Shown here piece after piece: positions 12,772-25,774 of a stretch of 64,000 nucleotides of DNA (its first letter is position 1; each line of letters begins with the position of its first letter). The position numbers and the translations under genes are program-made. Source of the DNA: Sphyrna mokarran (Eukaryota); NCBI GenBank assembly GCA_024679065.1, contig JAGIQG010000006.1, positions 8,370,001 to 8,434,000 on the forward strand, in the 5' to 3' direction. The notes beneath the pieces are model-generated. The model saw nothing but the letters and a program-made list of their open reading frames with translations, made no database searches and had not been told where the DNA came from.

Positions 12772-13889
12772 CAGAAAATGCAGATGTGTGGGATAGAGGG
12801 TGATTTAGCTAATTGGGTTAGGAATTGGCTAGCAGGTAGAAGGCAGAGGGTGGTGGTTGATGGGAGATATTCATCTTGGAGTTCGGTGACAAGTGGTGTA
12901 CCTCAGGGGTCTGTTTTGGGGCACCTGCTGTTTGTAATTTTTATAAATGATCTGGATGAGGGTATTGAAGGATGGATTAGTAAATTTGCAGATGACACTA
13001 AAGTCGGTGGAGTGGTAGATAGTGAAGAGGGGTGTTATAGTTTGCAGAGGGACTTGGACAAGTTGCAGAGCGGGGCCGAGAGGTGGCAAATGGAGTTTAA
13101 TGTGGAAAAGTGTGAGGTAATGCACTATGGCAGAAATAATAAATGTGTAGAGTATAGGGCAAATGGTAGGATTCTTAGTTAGTCTAGATGAACAGAGGGA
13201 TCTTGGTGTGTATGTGCATAGATCCCTGAAAGTAGGCAGTCAGGTCGAGAAGGTTGTTAGGAAGGCATATGGAGTCTTGGCTTTTATTGGTAGAGGGATT
13301 GACTTTCGGAGCCGCAACGTCATGTTGCAACTGTACAAAACTCTAGTGCGGCCGCACTTGGAGTATTGTGTGCAGTTCTGGTCCCCACATTATAAGAAAG
13401 ATGTGGATGCATTGGAGAGGGTACAGAGGAGGTTTACCAGGATGTTGCCTGGTATGGAGGGCAGGTCTTATGAGAAGAGGCTGAGGGATTTGAGGTTGTT
13501 TTCGTTAGAAAGAAGGCGGCTAAGAGGAGACCTTATTGAAACATATAAGATGATTAGAGTTTAGATAGGGTGGACAGTGATAGCCTTTTTCCTAGGATGG
13601 AGAAAGCTAGCACGAGGGGAACACAGCTTTAAATTAAGGGGTATGAGTTATAGGACGGATATCAGAGGTAGGTTCTTTACTCAAAGAGTGATTAGGGAGT
13701 GGAATGCCCTGCCTGCAGCTGTTGTAGATGCGCCAAGTTTGGTGGCGTTTACGAGGTTAGTTGATAAGTATATGGAAGAGAAGGGAATGGTTTAGTTTGG
13801 AGGGGCATTGCTTTTTATATTGGTCGGCGCAACATCGGAGGCCGAAGGGCCTGTTCTGTGCTGTAATGTTCTATGTTCTATGTTCTATG
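12772..13889 (+). mobile_element. CR1 LINE (1.1 kb, frameshifted) nested in an older minus-strand CR1 (also 55104-56220)
   Basis: RT motifs GVPQGSVLG and FADD, (TTCTATG)n tail. Empty site at ~26861-26868. Confidence 0.92.
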
Positions 13890-13892
13890 ACT

Positions 13893-13992
13893 NNNNNNNN
13901 NNNNNNNNNNNNNNNNNNNNNNNNNNNNNNNNNNNNNNNNNNNNNNNNNNNNNNNNNNNNNNNNNNNNNNNNNNNNNNNNNNNNNNNNNNNN
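13893..13992. other. Assembly gap (100 N placeholder)
   Basis: Run of exactly 100 n. Confidence 0.99.
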
Positions 13993-15659
13993 GAATGGAG
14001 GATGAAAGAGTCTCCTGAACACTCACTGTTCCCGACAGGAAATGATACTCACCACAAGGTGGAAATCCACCTCTGGCCGTGTTGGTCACAGCCAATCATT
14101 CAGTGTCTATTGACTCACTCAGTACAGTTTCCAGATGTGGTCATTGGGACCAGGTTATTTGTGTAGAAGTAATAAAGGTTCCCCTCCATCTCAGCCCCTC
14201 ACTGGGAATTGACCTGATCTTAACTTTTCACAATGCAGAAGAGGGCATTCAGCCCATTAAAGCTACATGGACTTTTACCCAGACTTAACGCATAACCCTC
14301 ATATTTATCCCTACACGTGTTTGGGCACCAAAAGGTTCTAAGTGCTGAATTTCTGGGAAAACTGTTGTAATTCACGATTGTTTTTCCAGTGGGAGTTGAC
14401 ACTCGAATCTCCCACATTCTGTGCAAAGCAGCGTTCACAATCACGAATATCATTAAAAGTTTGGGGGGGTGGAGCCGATCCATGTAAAAGTCTGTCAGTT
14501 CTGGAACTCTGTGAAGGAGCAATGGCCCTGAGCTCTCAGCCTACAGTTTGCTGGCGGGCGATTGAGCTAACCAGCCTGGGGTCCTCACAGTGCTGCCCCT
14601 CCAGCCATCCGCCCACGGACTGATCGCGGACCCAACGAGAATTCATGGGCCAGCCTCGATCCTGTCATCATCCAAGAGTGCCGCAATCTCCACCCCCACC
14701 TACCCCCAGCAGTGACGATCCCTCTTTGGCAGATCCAGTCCCCTCGGGAGGCAGACCCCACTCAGCAGACATCCCACCTCCCAGGAGACCCCACTCCCAG
14801 CAGATTGCCCCACGGGAGGCAGACCCACCTGACAAAACACCCCTCTCCCCCTGGCTCGACCTGTTCACTGACCTCCCTCCAGCCCCAATCGATCACAACG
14901 CAGATTGGCAGTGGGATCCCCCCCATTCCCACCAATTGTCCCCTCGGCCCCACCCACTTGGCACAGCCCAGTAGGCCCTGCCCCTTGGCACTGCCGTGTG
15001 CCTGGTGGCAGTGTCAAGGTGTCCCCTGGGCATGGGCTCTTTGCCCCTTTGGCAGGTCCAGGTGACACAATCGGGAACTGTGATGATGCCCAAACCAGGG
15101 GGCAGCCCTCCCACCGTCCAACCCCCATGGGTCTCCAGCTACTTCCATGAAAGTGGGTGCTACTCTAAACCCCCCCGGAGTGAAGTTGTACTGGTGTTGG
15201 GAGTGGGGGGGAATGTTAGTGGGCTTGGAGAATTCAGTCCCAGGCCCCATTATCACATTTAATTAACATTAAAAATAGATTTAAATCACTCACCTGCTGC
15301 TGCCTCTGGTTTCCATTGGGGTCCTGACTGCGCCAGATCTTCGGCGCTGGGTGATGTGTGTCTGTCAGGGACACACACGCAAATCCCGTGAATCGGTCAC
15401 CAGTGATTCTCCCATCCCACCGGGCTAAAATTTAGGAAACTGGGGGGAAATTTAGCCTGGCCAATCCACCTAACCCATAAATCTTTGGACTGTGGGAGGA
15501 AACCACACCAACACAGGAAGACCATCAAACTCCACAATGTATAAAATGATCAAAGCTGGAAATTGCCAGCACTGTGAGGCAGTAGTGCAAACCACTGTAC
15601 CACCTGCTACAGAATGTTTTATCCACATCCCCATATCACAAACATTGATGTTTTCTTAC

Positions 15660-16025
15660 CAACAACCTGGAGTCCCATCACATCCTGAGTTACATTTTCC
15701 TGATTCCAGTTCCTGACGTGTACGTGACAGAAATAATCATTGGTGTCGTTCAGCTGCAGGTTCCTCATCCTGAGGGAAGCGTTTCCTTGGGTTGGGTTTC
15801 CAATCAGTTCATATCGATCTCCTTCATTCACAGTGACTGGGTCATTGTAGCCAGAACCAGCCCCCAGGGAATGAGAGTAATTAAAAACAGTGGAAAATTT
15901 TTTTTGATCCCTCTTCATCCAGAGGACAGTGAGGGAGCTGAGAGAATGCTGAGGGGGATTGAAGGTGCAAGACAGAGTGACAGAATCTCCCTTCACCCCA
16001 GTCACTGCCCGTGAATCGCTCTGAC
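15660..16025 (-). CDS. Siglec-15-like receptor copy 2, V-set domain 2 exon
   Basis: 366 nt, open frame, intact splice sites. The downstream C2/TM exon would fall in the N gap. Confidence 0.88.
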
Positions 16026-18397
16026 CTGAGGGAGTAAGGATTTGAAAGAACAGATATTAATTATCATGTAGTTTTATTAAATGTAATCTCTACAATGTTT
16101 ATCTCCCCTGTGATATCCCTAAAGACAGATAACACCGACCTAGATTTATACAAATACCTGGAAGTTAATGTTCCCTTCAGGAAATGAAGTTGGAAAAGTG
16201 CTGAGATCTTGGAGGGAAATTGCTCTGGAGGATGTGACGGCACTGAGATAGAAAAGGCCATGGAGGGATTTAAGGAGCAGGATGATGATGTTAAATAATG
16301 AGGAAATGGGTCTTGTTCCTCTGGAGAGGATTTCCTGCCGGGTCTGATGGACGATGTGATTGGTGGGATGAAAATGGATTGTGCTGGTGGCTTTTGGGAC
16401 AGCATTGGGATAAAACCATGGATAAGTTATCTCAGCCTGCCCGTACTAGACAAAGACATACTCCCATTACTCTCAATATCTACAACTGTCCCCCTCATGG
16501 GATAGCATGGAGACACAGAGGTTAGCACTGCTGCCTCACAGTGTCAGGGATCTGGATTTGATTCCTGACTTGGGTTACTGTTTGTGTGGAGTTTGCACAT
16601 TGTCTGTGTGGGTTTCCTCTGAGTGCTCCAAATTCTCCCACATTCTGGAAGATGTGCTGGTTAGGTGCATTGACCAGAATAGGCTCCGGACTGTGGTGAC
16701 TAGGGGAATTTCACAGTAACTTCATTTCAGTGTTAATGTAAGGCTTATTTGTGATTAATAAATGAACTTTAACTAAATTCACAGCAGGCAGGACCCAGGC
16801 ATTCACAAAGATGTAAATCTCAGTCTTGTACTTTCCCATTTCAAATCCATTTTACTCCAGAAAGCCAGTCTGTGAAGGATGATCCTCAACCTCTTCTTAG
16901 TCTTATATTTAATTACCGAGTGAATAATTACAAACAAATATCTCCAAACACAATTGCACAGTTATAGAAATGTGTTTTGAAGATGTTCAGAAAAAACCTC
17001 TCCTTGCAGATCATTAAACACAACTCATATCCAAATAGCAAATTAAATCCTCTTTAAATCTCTCTGGTGTGTGGGCTAGGTCGGTTAGCCATGTTAAATT
17101 GTCCCTTAGTGTCTTAATCCAGTGGTGGGTTGGGGGCTTGTAACAAAGTCCAAAAAGCAAACACTTCCCATTTGGCTCATGGGCTTCCCTGGGAATCCCT
17201 TCCATGGACATCTCTTCCATGGGGGTCCCACTCAGCACTGGATTGTGGGAACTGGGAAGCCTGCTGAGAGTTACCCCTTGTGTTTGTTGCTGACCTGCCG
17301 TCCCCACACCTTCTCTCCTGGGACTCCCCGTCCCGCAATCATTCACCTGTGCCTGGCTCCATTGGTTAACGTGGTATTTGAGTGGGTGTAGTAGCAGCAG
17401 CAACCACATCCCCCTCAGTGGCACCACTGAGCCATGAAGAGTATCTGCCCTCTGATTGGGACCTCACCCAGGGACTTGGTCTCAGGAAAGGCCCAGTGCT
17501 GCCCTGCTGAGTGCCTGATTACACTGAATGGTACAAGCCTTCCTAAATTAGGTGATACTGGTTCTCCAGTCAGCGGGTGAAATCACCATCACGTTAAATT
17601 CCGCCTAATAATTACCTGTTCTGGGTTTAAAATTAATCACTTATTTAACAAACGCATAACTCCTATTTGTACAATCCATCACCAGTATCTACAAATGCCT
17701 CTACATGAGCTCAAATTATTATCCAATGTGTGCTTCTCCCCTTGTATCTCATTAACTTTTGTGAAATCCCCTGCGAGGTCCATGGGAAAGTATTGATTGA
17801 TTTCCCTGTAGGACTCATTGAGTATGAGTTCCCCTGGTAACAGGCAGTTCCTGTCTATTCCTGAGGCTTGTATAAGGCAGGCCTTGGACTGGGCCTGCTG
17901 ATCTGCAGTCCCTGGCAGGCCCTAGTAGTTTGGAGATGCCTGATTGGGGCTTCATTACACTCTGGATGTGCTGCATCTGCTGCTGCCAGACTGAGAGCTG
18001 AGAGTTACTGGAGAGGGAAGCTGCTGCTTGGACAGACAGAGAGAGGCCCCGGGGCCTGGAGGCTCACAGGTCTCACAGCCTGCAATGGAGAGAGGGAAAC
18101 TGGGCAGGGCCTGAAAACTGCTCTGAGTGCAATTGGAGAATCCCAGCTCAGGATCAATATTAAATCAGTTTTACATTTCTACACAATGTGAAACATGACA
18201 AGTCCAAATCCCTCCCTCTGAAATCCGCACACCAGATGTGTCAATGTGAGCCATTCAGTTATGTCCTCACTTTTACAGGGGAACCAGAGCTGAGTAATAA
18301 ATCTAGTTTGATATCTAGTTTGCCCGGTACCACCCTGGTTTAAGGGCAATCCATTCCGCAGTGGCCCAGTGAATCATCAGTGATTCAGGAAGAAGAT

Positions 18398-20438
18398 CGG
18401 TTCTTCCTGATCGGTTGAAGGAAATAAGGATTACGAGGATAGAGGTGTTGGGGCTGTTAGGCAGCTTAAAGACGTATAAAGCTCCAGGACCTGATGGCAT
18501 TTACCCCAGGCTGCTAAGGGAGTTGAGGGAAGACTTGGCTGGGCCTCTAACGCAAATCTTTGTCTCTTCCTTGGACACAGGTGAGGTCCCAGAGGACTGG
18601 AGGATAGCAAACGTAGTACCGTTGTTTAAAAAAGGTCAGAGGGATCACCCAGGGAACTATAGGCCGGTGAGCTTGACTTCAGTTATAGGTAAGCTAATGG
18701 AGAGGATCCTTAGGGACAGGATGTATGAGCATCTGGAGTGCTGCGATCTGATCAGGGATACGCAGCATGGCTTCGTCAAGGGGAAGTCTTGTCTTACAAA
18801 TGTAGTGGAATTTTTTGAAGAAGTGACAAAAACAGTTGATGAAGGACATGCTGTTGATGTCGTCTACATGGATTTCAGTAAGGCGTTCGACAAGGTTCCT
18901 CATGGTAGACTGAGAGAAGGTGAAGGCGCATGGGATACAGGGCCAGGTATGTAGATGGGTCGAGAACTGGCTCGGGAGGAGGAGACAGAGGGTAGTAGTG
19001 GAAGGCTCTTTTTCCGGCTGGAAGCCTGTCACTAGTAGAGTGCCACAAGGCTCAGTACTAGGTCCTCTTCTATTTGTGGTCTACATAAATGACTTGGAAG
19101 TTGGGGTAGGTGGTGAGATCAGCAAATTTGCTGATGACACCAAGATGCTTGGATTGGCGGGTACAGAAGAGCAGTGTCAGGCAATACAACAGGAATTAGA
19201 CAGGTTGGTAGACTGGGCAGATAGATGGCAAATGGAATTTAATCCGGATAAATGCGAGGTGATGCATTTTGGCCGGAAAAATGTAGAAGAGAGTTATAGG
19301 ATAAAAGGTAAAACTATACGGAGCATAGAGACGCAGAGAGACTTGGGGTGCAGGTTCACAAGTCTCTGAAGGTGTCCTCACAGGTGGAGAAGGTGATAAA
19401 GAAGGCGTATAGTATGTTAGCTTTCATAGAAAAGGGGATAGAATACAAGAGTAGGAGTTTGATGTTGCAGTTGTATAGAACTTTGGTTAGGCCTCACTTG
19501 GAATACTGCGCCCAGTTCTGGTCTCCATACTATCGGAAGGATGTGGAGTCCTGGGAGAGAGTGCAGAGGAGGTTTACCAGGATGCTGCCTGGTATGGAAG
19601 GACTGGCTTATGAGGAACGATTAGATAGACTGGGGTTGTTTTCCCTTGAAAGACGTCGGCTTAGAGGGGATCTCATAGAGGTGTATAAGATTATAAGGGG
19701 TATAGATAGAGTAAATGGAGGTAAATTTTTTCCACCTTCAGAAATGGATAGGACGAGGGGTCATGGCCATAGGGTGAGGGGGGCTATGTATAAGACGAAT
19801 ATTAGAGGGCAGTTTTTCACACAAAGGGTAGTGGGGGTGTGGAATGCACTGCCGAGTAAGGTGGTGGGAGCAGGCACGCTGGGGCTGTTTAAGGGCCTCT
19901 TGGACAGCCACATGAGCAGTATGCAGATAGAGGGATATATTAGGACTGTTTAACTACGGCTTTTTTTCCACAGGTAATTCGGCCCATACTTGACCAACAT
20001 TGAGCATGCATTCGGCAGGTGGTGCGGGTACAGCTCTTGGATGTTGATTCATGGGTTGCCTGGTACCTCATGTCGTAAATGCGTGCTTTATGTGGACCAT
20101 CTGAAGGGCACCATGACAGCTCAGAGACTATCGATGTGGCTGTGCAGACACTTGGAATTGGGCCGGTGTCTGCGGGAGTTTGCGCGTTCTCCCCGTGGTT
20201 GCGTGGGTTTCTCCGGGCACTCCGGTTTCCTCCCACAACCCAAAAATTCGCTCTTAGGCTGATTGGGTAACAAATTGTCCCTATAGTGAGAATTTTCCAT
20301 ATTAGGAATAATATATATATTATTATATAGGAATAATAAAATAGGATAATGGATTTGCTACTATATAGTTATGACGGCGGCGCGGGCTCGTTGGGCCGAA
20401 GGGCCTGTTTCCCGTGCTGTGTTGCTCTTTAAAAAAAA
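18398..20438 (+). mobile_element. CR1 LINE (2 kb, unit 2-specific) with long SINE-core-containing 3' UTR and A tail
   Basis: ORF2 pieces 18415-19953 (KAPGPDGI, NYRPVSLTSV, FADD). Flanked by AAGAT. Empty sites at ~5492-5496 and ~47824-47829. Confidence 0.9.
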
Positions 20439-20474
20439 AAAGATGTCCCATAAATTTCCTGGGATGGACGATAA

Positions 20475-20712
20475 GAATATAGAACATAGAACATAGAACA
20501 TTACAGCCCAGAACAGGCCCTTCGGCCTTCGATGTTGCGCCGACCAATTATGAACAAAAAAGCAATGACCCTCCAAACTAAATCATTCCCTTCTCTTCCA
20601 TAAACTTATCAACTAACCTCTTAAACGCCACCAAACTTGGCGCATCTACAACTGCCGCAGGCAAGGCATTCCACTCCCTAACCACCCTCTGGGTAAAGAG
20701 TCTACCTCTGAT
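20475..20712 (-). mobile_element. CR1 LINE 3' fragment (unit 2-specific)
   Basis: (CATAGAA)n tail on plus. Empty site GGATGATAACTATC at ~5518-5531. Confidence 0.88.
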
Positions 20713-20999
20713 ATAACTATCAGCATTGCTCACAAACCAAGAGTAAACTCTTTATCATCAAAACCCGACAGCACAAAAGGAGGGCATTCAGCCCATCGAG
20801 TCTGCACTGACCACAATCCCATCTGTCCCTGTAACCCCACACATTTACTCCACTAATCCCTCTAATTTACACATCCCGGGACACTAAGACACAATTTAAC
20901 ATGGCCAATGCACCTCTGTAGCACATCTTTAAAACATTTGTGCTTGTGTTTGGATTAAATTTACATACAGTCTTATATCGAATTTGAAATATTCCTCAC

Positions 21000-21386
21000 C
21001 TCTCATTATGAGATCTCCATGCTCCAATTGATAAGCTGCTCCGTTACCATCGAGCTCCATGCGACAGAAATATTTATGTCTTGTGTCCTCTTTATTCAGC
21101 TGTTTGATGATGATTGAAGCTTCGTTCTTCCTCGGGTTTCCCAGCGCTTGGTAACGATTATTAATATTCAGGATGACCAGATTCTGAAACTGTCTGCCCG
21201 GTGCGTTTTGTGTTGGATAATTTGTATAATTAAATACCGCTTCCTTTCCTCTGAACCATTTAACCGTGATGTTGCCATTATATCCCGAGTGAGGGTGAGT
21301 GAACTTGCAGAACAGAACAGTAGCTTTTCCTTCCCTACCCGTCACCTTCTCCGGTGTCTCCATGCTCCAGCCATTGTTACTGAGAA
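21000..21386 (-). CDS. Siglec-15-like receptor copy 2, V-set domain 1 exon
   Basis: 387 nt (one codon shorter than copies 1 and 3), open frame, intact splice sites, YFCRME retained. Confidence 0.9.
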
Positions 21387-22117
21387 CTGGAAAACACAAA
21401 ATGCTGTTTAAACACCGAACTGAGATGGGAGCTGTTACGGGACTCTGTCGGAAGCTTTCTTGTTCTACTCCCCTCAACTAACCAAACAAAGTGACGGAGT
21501 GATTTGAAGATGAACTTTACAATAGCTATCGGCCCCTGAATATCCATTCAGAGTAAAGAATTCAGAGATATAAAGGCAATTAAAATCTCAGCTATGATTA
21601 CAAATAATTAACATACACCAATAACAGAATATGAGTTATCTCCATCCAATCACAGTTAATACTTCATGTAACATCATATAAAATGTAATATTTAAAACCA
21701 ATCACAATCATCTTACACTTGCTTAATTATAATATCCAACAGTGGTGAGCTTTTTACTGCCTGATTTGAGTATTATTCTCCCCTATCTTTACACACTTAG
21801 ACTGTGTCTACACACTCCAACATCGGTCCTTGTCCAGTGCATGATGTAAAAGACTTCTCCCAGCACAGTATCTTTCTCCCTTCTTTACCTGAAGGTCAAA
21901 CTAGTTTCTTGTAATAACCACCTTGTAATTACACATTGTGTAAGCTTTGTGATTTGTCCATGTTAATCCTTTCACTGAACACAGTTATTCATGTGCTGAT
22001 TATTTTCCTCCATAATTATTAATATGGGTATTGATCCGCCTCAAGAGGCAATGGTTCCAACCCTTCAGGATTGGCCAAGAGTCTCCAGCCTAAGAAATTA
22101 TGTACTTGCCACAGAGG

Positions 22118-22448
22118 AACATAGAACATAGAACATAGAACATAGAACATTACAGCACAGTACAGGCCTTTCGGCCCTCGATGTTGCGCCGGCCAGTGGA
22201 CCCTCTAACCTAAACTATTCCAGTATCATCCATATGCCTATCCACCGAACATTTGAATGCCCCCAAAGTAGGTGAGTCCACAACTGCTGCAGGCAGGGCA
22301 TTCCACGCCCTCACCACCCTCTGTGTAAAGGACCTGCCTCTGACATCCGTCCTATAACTACCACCTCTTAATTTAAAGTTATGTCTCCTCGTGTTGGTCA
22401 TCACCATCCGAGGAAGAAGGCTCTCACTATCCACCCTATCCAGTCAGT
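22118..22448 (-). mobile_element. CR1 LINE 3' fragment (unit 2-specific; same subfamily as 1-318)
   Basis: (CATAGAA)n tail and ORF2 C-terminus 22210-22434. Empty site at ~6930. Confidence 0.88.
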
Positions 22449-25400
22449 GAAGTGCAGTGAAGGTTCACCAGACCGATTCCTGGGCAGGCAGGATTGATGT
22501 ATGAGGAGAGATTGGGGGGACAATTCACTGGAGTTTAGAAGAATGAGAGAGAATCTAACTGAAATTTTTAAATTCTAATTGAGCTGGACAGACTGGATGA
22601 GGGATAATCTTTGCCCTAGCTGGTGTCTGGAACAAAGGGTCACATTCTCAGGATGTAGGGCAGGCCATTTGTTTTATTCATTCATGGGAAATGGCTTTCA
22701 ATGGAATAACATTTCAGAGGAATGTTAGGAGTCCCATCAGTATGGATCTGGAGTCACATGTAGGTCAGGCTCGGGTAATGAGGTCAGATTTCCTTCCCTA
22801 AAGGACATGAGTGAATCCAATGGGTTTGTTTATGACAACCAACATGGTCATCGTTAGAGATTTAAATCCAGATTTTTATTGAAAAGGGTGAAACTTGTAA
22901 ATGTTGATGTTCAGGGGACTTGGGAGTGCTCAGGATGGGAACACAGAAAGTTAGTATACAGGTCCACCAGCAATTAGGAAGGAAACTGACATGTTAGTCT
23001 TTACTGTAAGAGGATTGGGGTAGCAGAATAACAAAGTCTTGCAACAATGGGTGGGATTGCATCTAGAATATTTACAATTGTATTTTCCATATTTAGGAAG
23101 GATAAACTTATATAGGAGGCAGTAGCGTGAATGTTCACTAAATTTTTCCCTGGGTTGAGATTGTTGTGCTGTGGTATATAGAACATAGAGACTGAATAAA
23201 CCAGCTCACTATTCTCTGGAGTTTTAAAGAGTAACAGGTTACCTCATCAATTGCTAGAAGATTGTGAAAGACGTTGAAAGGGTGAACGCTGAGAGATTGT
23301 TTCCCCTGACTGGGGGATTATTGTCTCACAGCGCCAGCAACCAAGGTTCAATTCTGGCCTCGGGTCACTGTCTGTGTGGAAGCTGTATGTTCTTCCCATG
23401 TCAGTGTGGATTTCCTCTGGGTGCTCCGGTTTTCTCCCACAATCCAAAGATGTGCAGGTTAGGTTGATTGGCCATAATAAATTGCCTCTTAGTGTCAGGG
23501 AAAAAATACAGGATAAATGAAGGTTACGGAGATAGAACCTGAGTGGGATTGTGGTCAGTACAGACTTGATGGGCTGAATGGTCTCCTTCGGTACGTACGG
23601 ATTCTATGATTCAACAAGGATAAAGGGCTGACTATTTTGGACAGAGATGAGGAGAAATTTGTTCGCTAAAGTGTCGTGATTCTATGGGAATCTTTATGCC
23701 AGAGGGTTATAACTGCTCCTGAGCTGAATAAAGTTAACTCTTGGATAGATAGATTTTTGGTCCCTCGGGGATTAAGAAGATTATTTCTTTTATTTATTAT
23801 GTCACAAGCAGGCTTACATTAACACAACAATGAAGTAACTGAATTACTGTGAAAATCCCTAATCGCCACACTCCGGCGCATTTTTGGGCACAATGAGGGA
23901 GAATTTAGCTAATGCACCTAATTAGCACATCTTCTACACTGAGGGACAATTTAGCATGGCTAATGCACCTAGCCAGCACGTCTTCAGACTGTGGGAGGAA
24001 ACCGGAGCACCACAGACACAGGGAAAGTGTGCAGACTGTGCACATACAGTGACCCAAGCTGGGAATCAAACCCAGGTTGTTGGTGCTGTGAGGCAGCAGT
24101 GCTAACCACTGTGCCATCATATTACCCCATGGAAGTGTGTACTGCAGTCTAACTAGAGTGTGAAACAGTTTGTAATGTCACTACCTGATAAGAAATAAGC
24201 CGGGGAAAGCCATTCAGCCCTTCAAGCCTGCTCCACCATTCATTAAGATCATGGCTGATCTGATTGTGCTCTTAACTTCATTTTCCTGCCTGTTCCCACA
24301 CCTTTGACTTGTAGGTTAAAAATCTGAATAAGCCTTGGCTACATTCAATGATTCAGCATCCACTGCTGTCTGGGGAGGTGAATTCTACAAACAAATGACC
24401 CTCGGAGAGAAGAAGTTCCTGCGCATCTCCATCTTAAACTGGAGACCCTTATTCTGAAACTCTGGCCCCTCATTCAAGATGTGGGAAAAAACTTCCTCTC
24501 AGCATCTATAAGTCAGGCTCACACAGATTCTAATATGTTTCAAGAAGATCATCTTTCAATCTTCTAAACCCCAAAGTTATCGACACAATCTGTTCGACCT
24601 TTCCCCAAAAGACCAACTGCTGAACCCCAGAATCAGCCCAGTGAATCTTTCTGGCACTTTCTTTGCGTCTGGAGTCACATGTAGGCCAGGCTGGGTAAGG
24701 ATGGCAGATTTCCTTCTCTAAAGGATATGAGTGAATCAGATGGGTTTTTACGTTAATTGATCTAGTCATCACTTGAGTTTTATTTCCAGATTTTTATTTA
24801 AAAAGGGTGCAACTTGTAAATGTTGATGTTCATGGACTTGGGGGTGCTCACATTGGGAACACAGAAAGTTAGTGTAAGACCCACAAGCATTTCCTTTATT
24901 CATCAGAGACCAAAGTCTCTGACAGTGCGAGGGTAACTTCTCTCTTTCCATACTCTATATATCGACTAATAACACGAAAGTTTCCCATATACCTTCGCAA
25001 TGATCTTATACCCCGGGCGATCTGATTTATCCTCTCATTGTAGTATCTTATGTTTGAGGGTTTTCATTTACTGCATTGTAAAATGTTCTTATTTGCAAAG
25101 GAAGCTAAAGCAAATACACAAATCTAACAACACTCATCCTTAACAATTCTTCTGACAGAACAGCCCCTGATCCAACATCAGTATAAAATTCAGCACAATA
25201 TACAGTAAGATATTTAGTGTGAAAGCATTATATTCAGTGTCATATTGAGTATAATATTCAGCAATTGTCCATGTGTATTCTATATAATATTCAGAATACA
25301 ATTCAATATACATTCAGGAACTGTAAAGTCATAATCGGCCACATGACCAGAGGCTGCTCTACCCTTTGAGTGGGAGAGCAGCCTGGTGATGATTTAACCT

Positions 25401-25725
25401 GAGGATCATTACATCTCAGCTGAGGGGCAAGGTTGAGAAGGCAGCGCCTTCATGAATAACCCCCGCGGGTACAGGAATTGAACCCACACTGTTGGCATAA
25501 CTCACCAGATGGCCATCCAACTGAGCTGAACCAACCCACAGTAGCTTTGTTGGTATAATATTCCATATAATATGAAGTTTTATATTCAGCATAATATTCC
25601 ATATAACACTGACAAGTCACTGTCCCTTCTCACTTGCGGTGAGCCAGTTTTTTTTGACACTCTAAATTATTTTACTGAAATAGTATAGCAGAGGGAAAAT
25701 GAGTTCATTCTTTAAAAATACATAC

Positions 25726-25774
25726 ATTTTGCTGAGCTGGTCAGTGTGAGTGTACACAGCACGATCCACAGCAT
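25726..25774 (-). CDS. Siglec-15-like receptor copy 2, signal peptide exon (MLWIVLCTLTLTSSAK)
   Basis: Paralog of 53406-53454 with intact ATG and GTATGT donor. Confidence 0.78.

Larger units (their letters stand above)
1..13892. repeat. Segmental tandem unit 1 (partial)
   Basis: Collinear with 41963-56224. From ~5.7 kb onward the offset to unit 3 is a constant 42332 bp. Confidence 0.93.

Noticed and set aside
14053-14213. Possible extra exon between V2 and C2 (strong minus-strand GTGAGT donor at ~14052)
   Set aside because: The frame compatible with phase 1 contains stops, and the site is disrupted by an insertion in unit 3.
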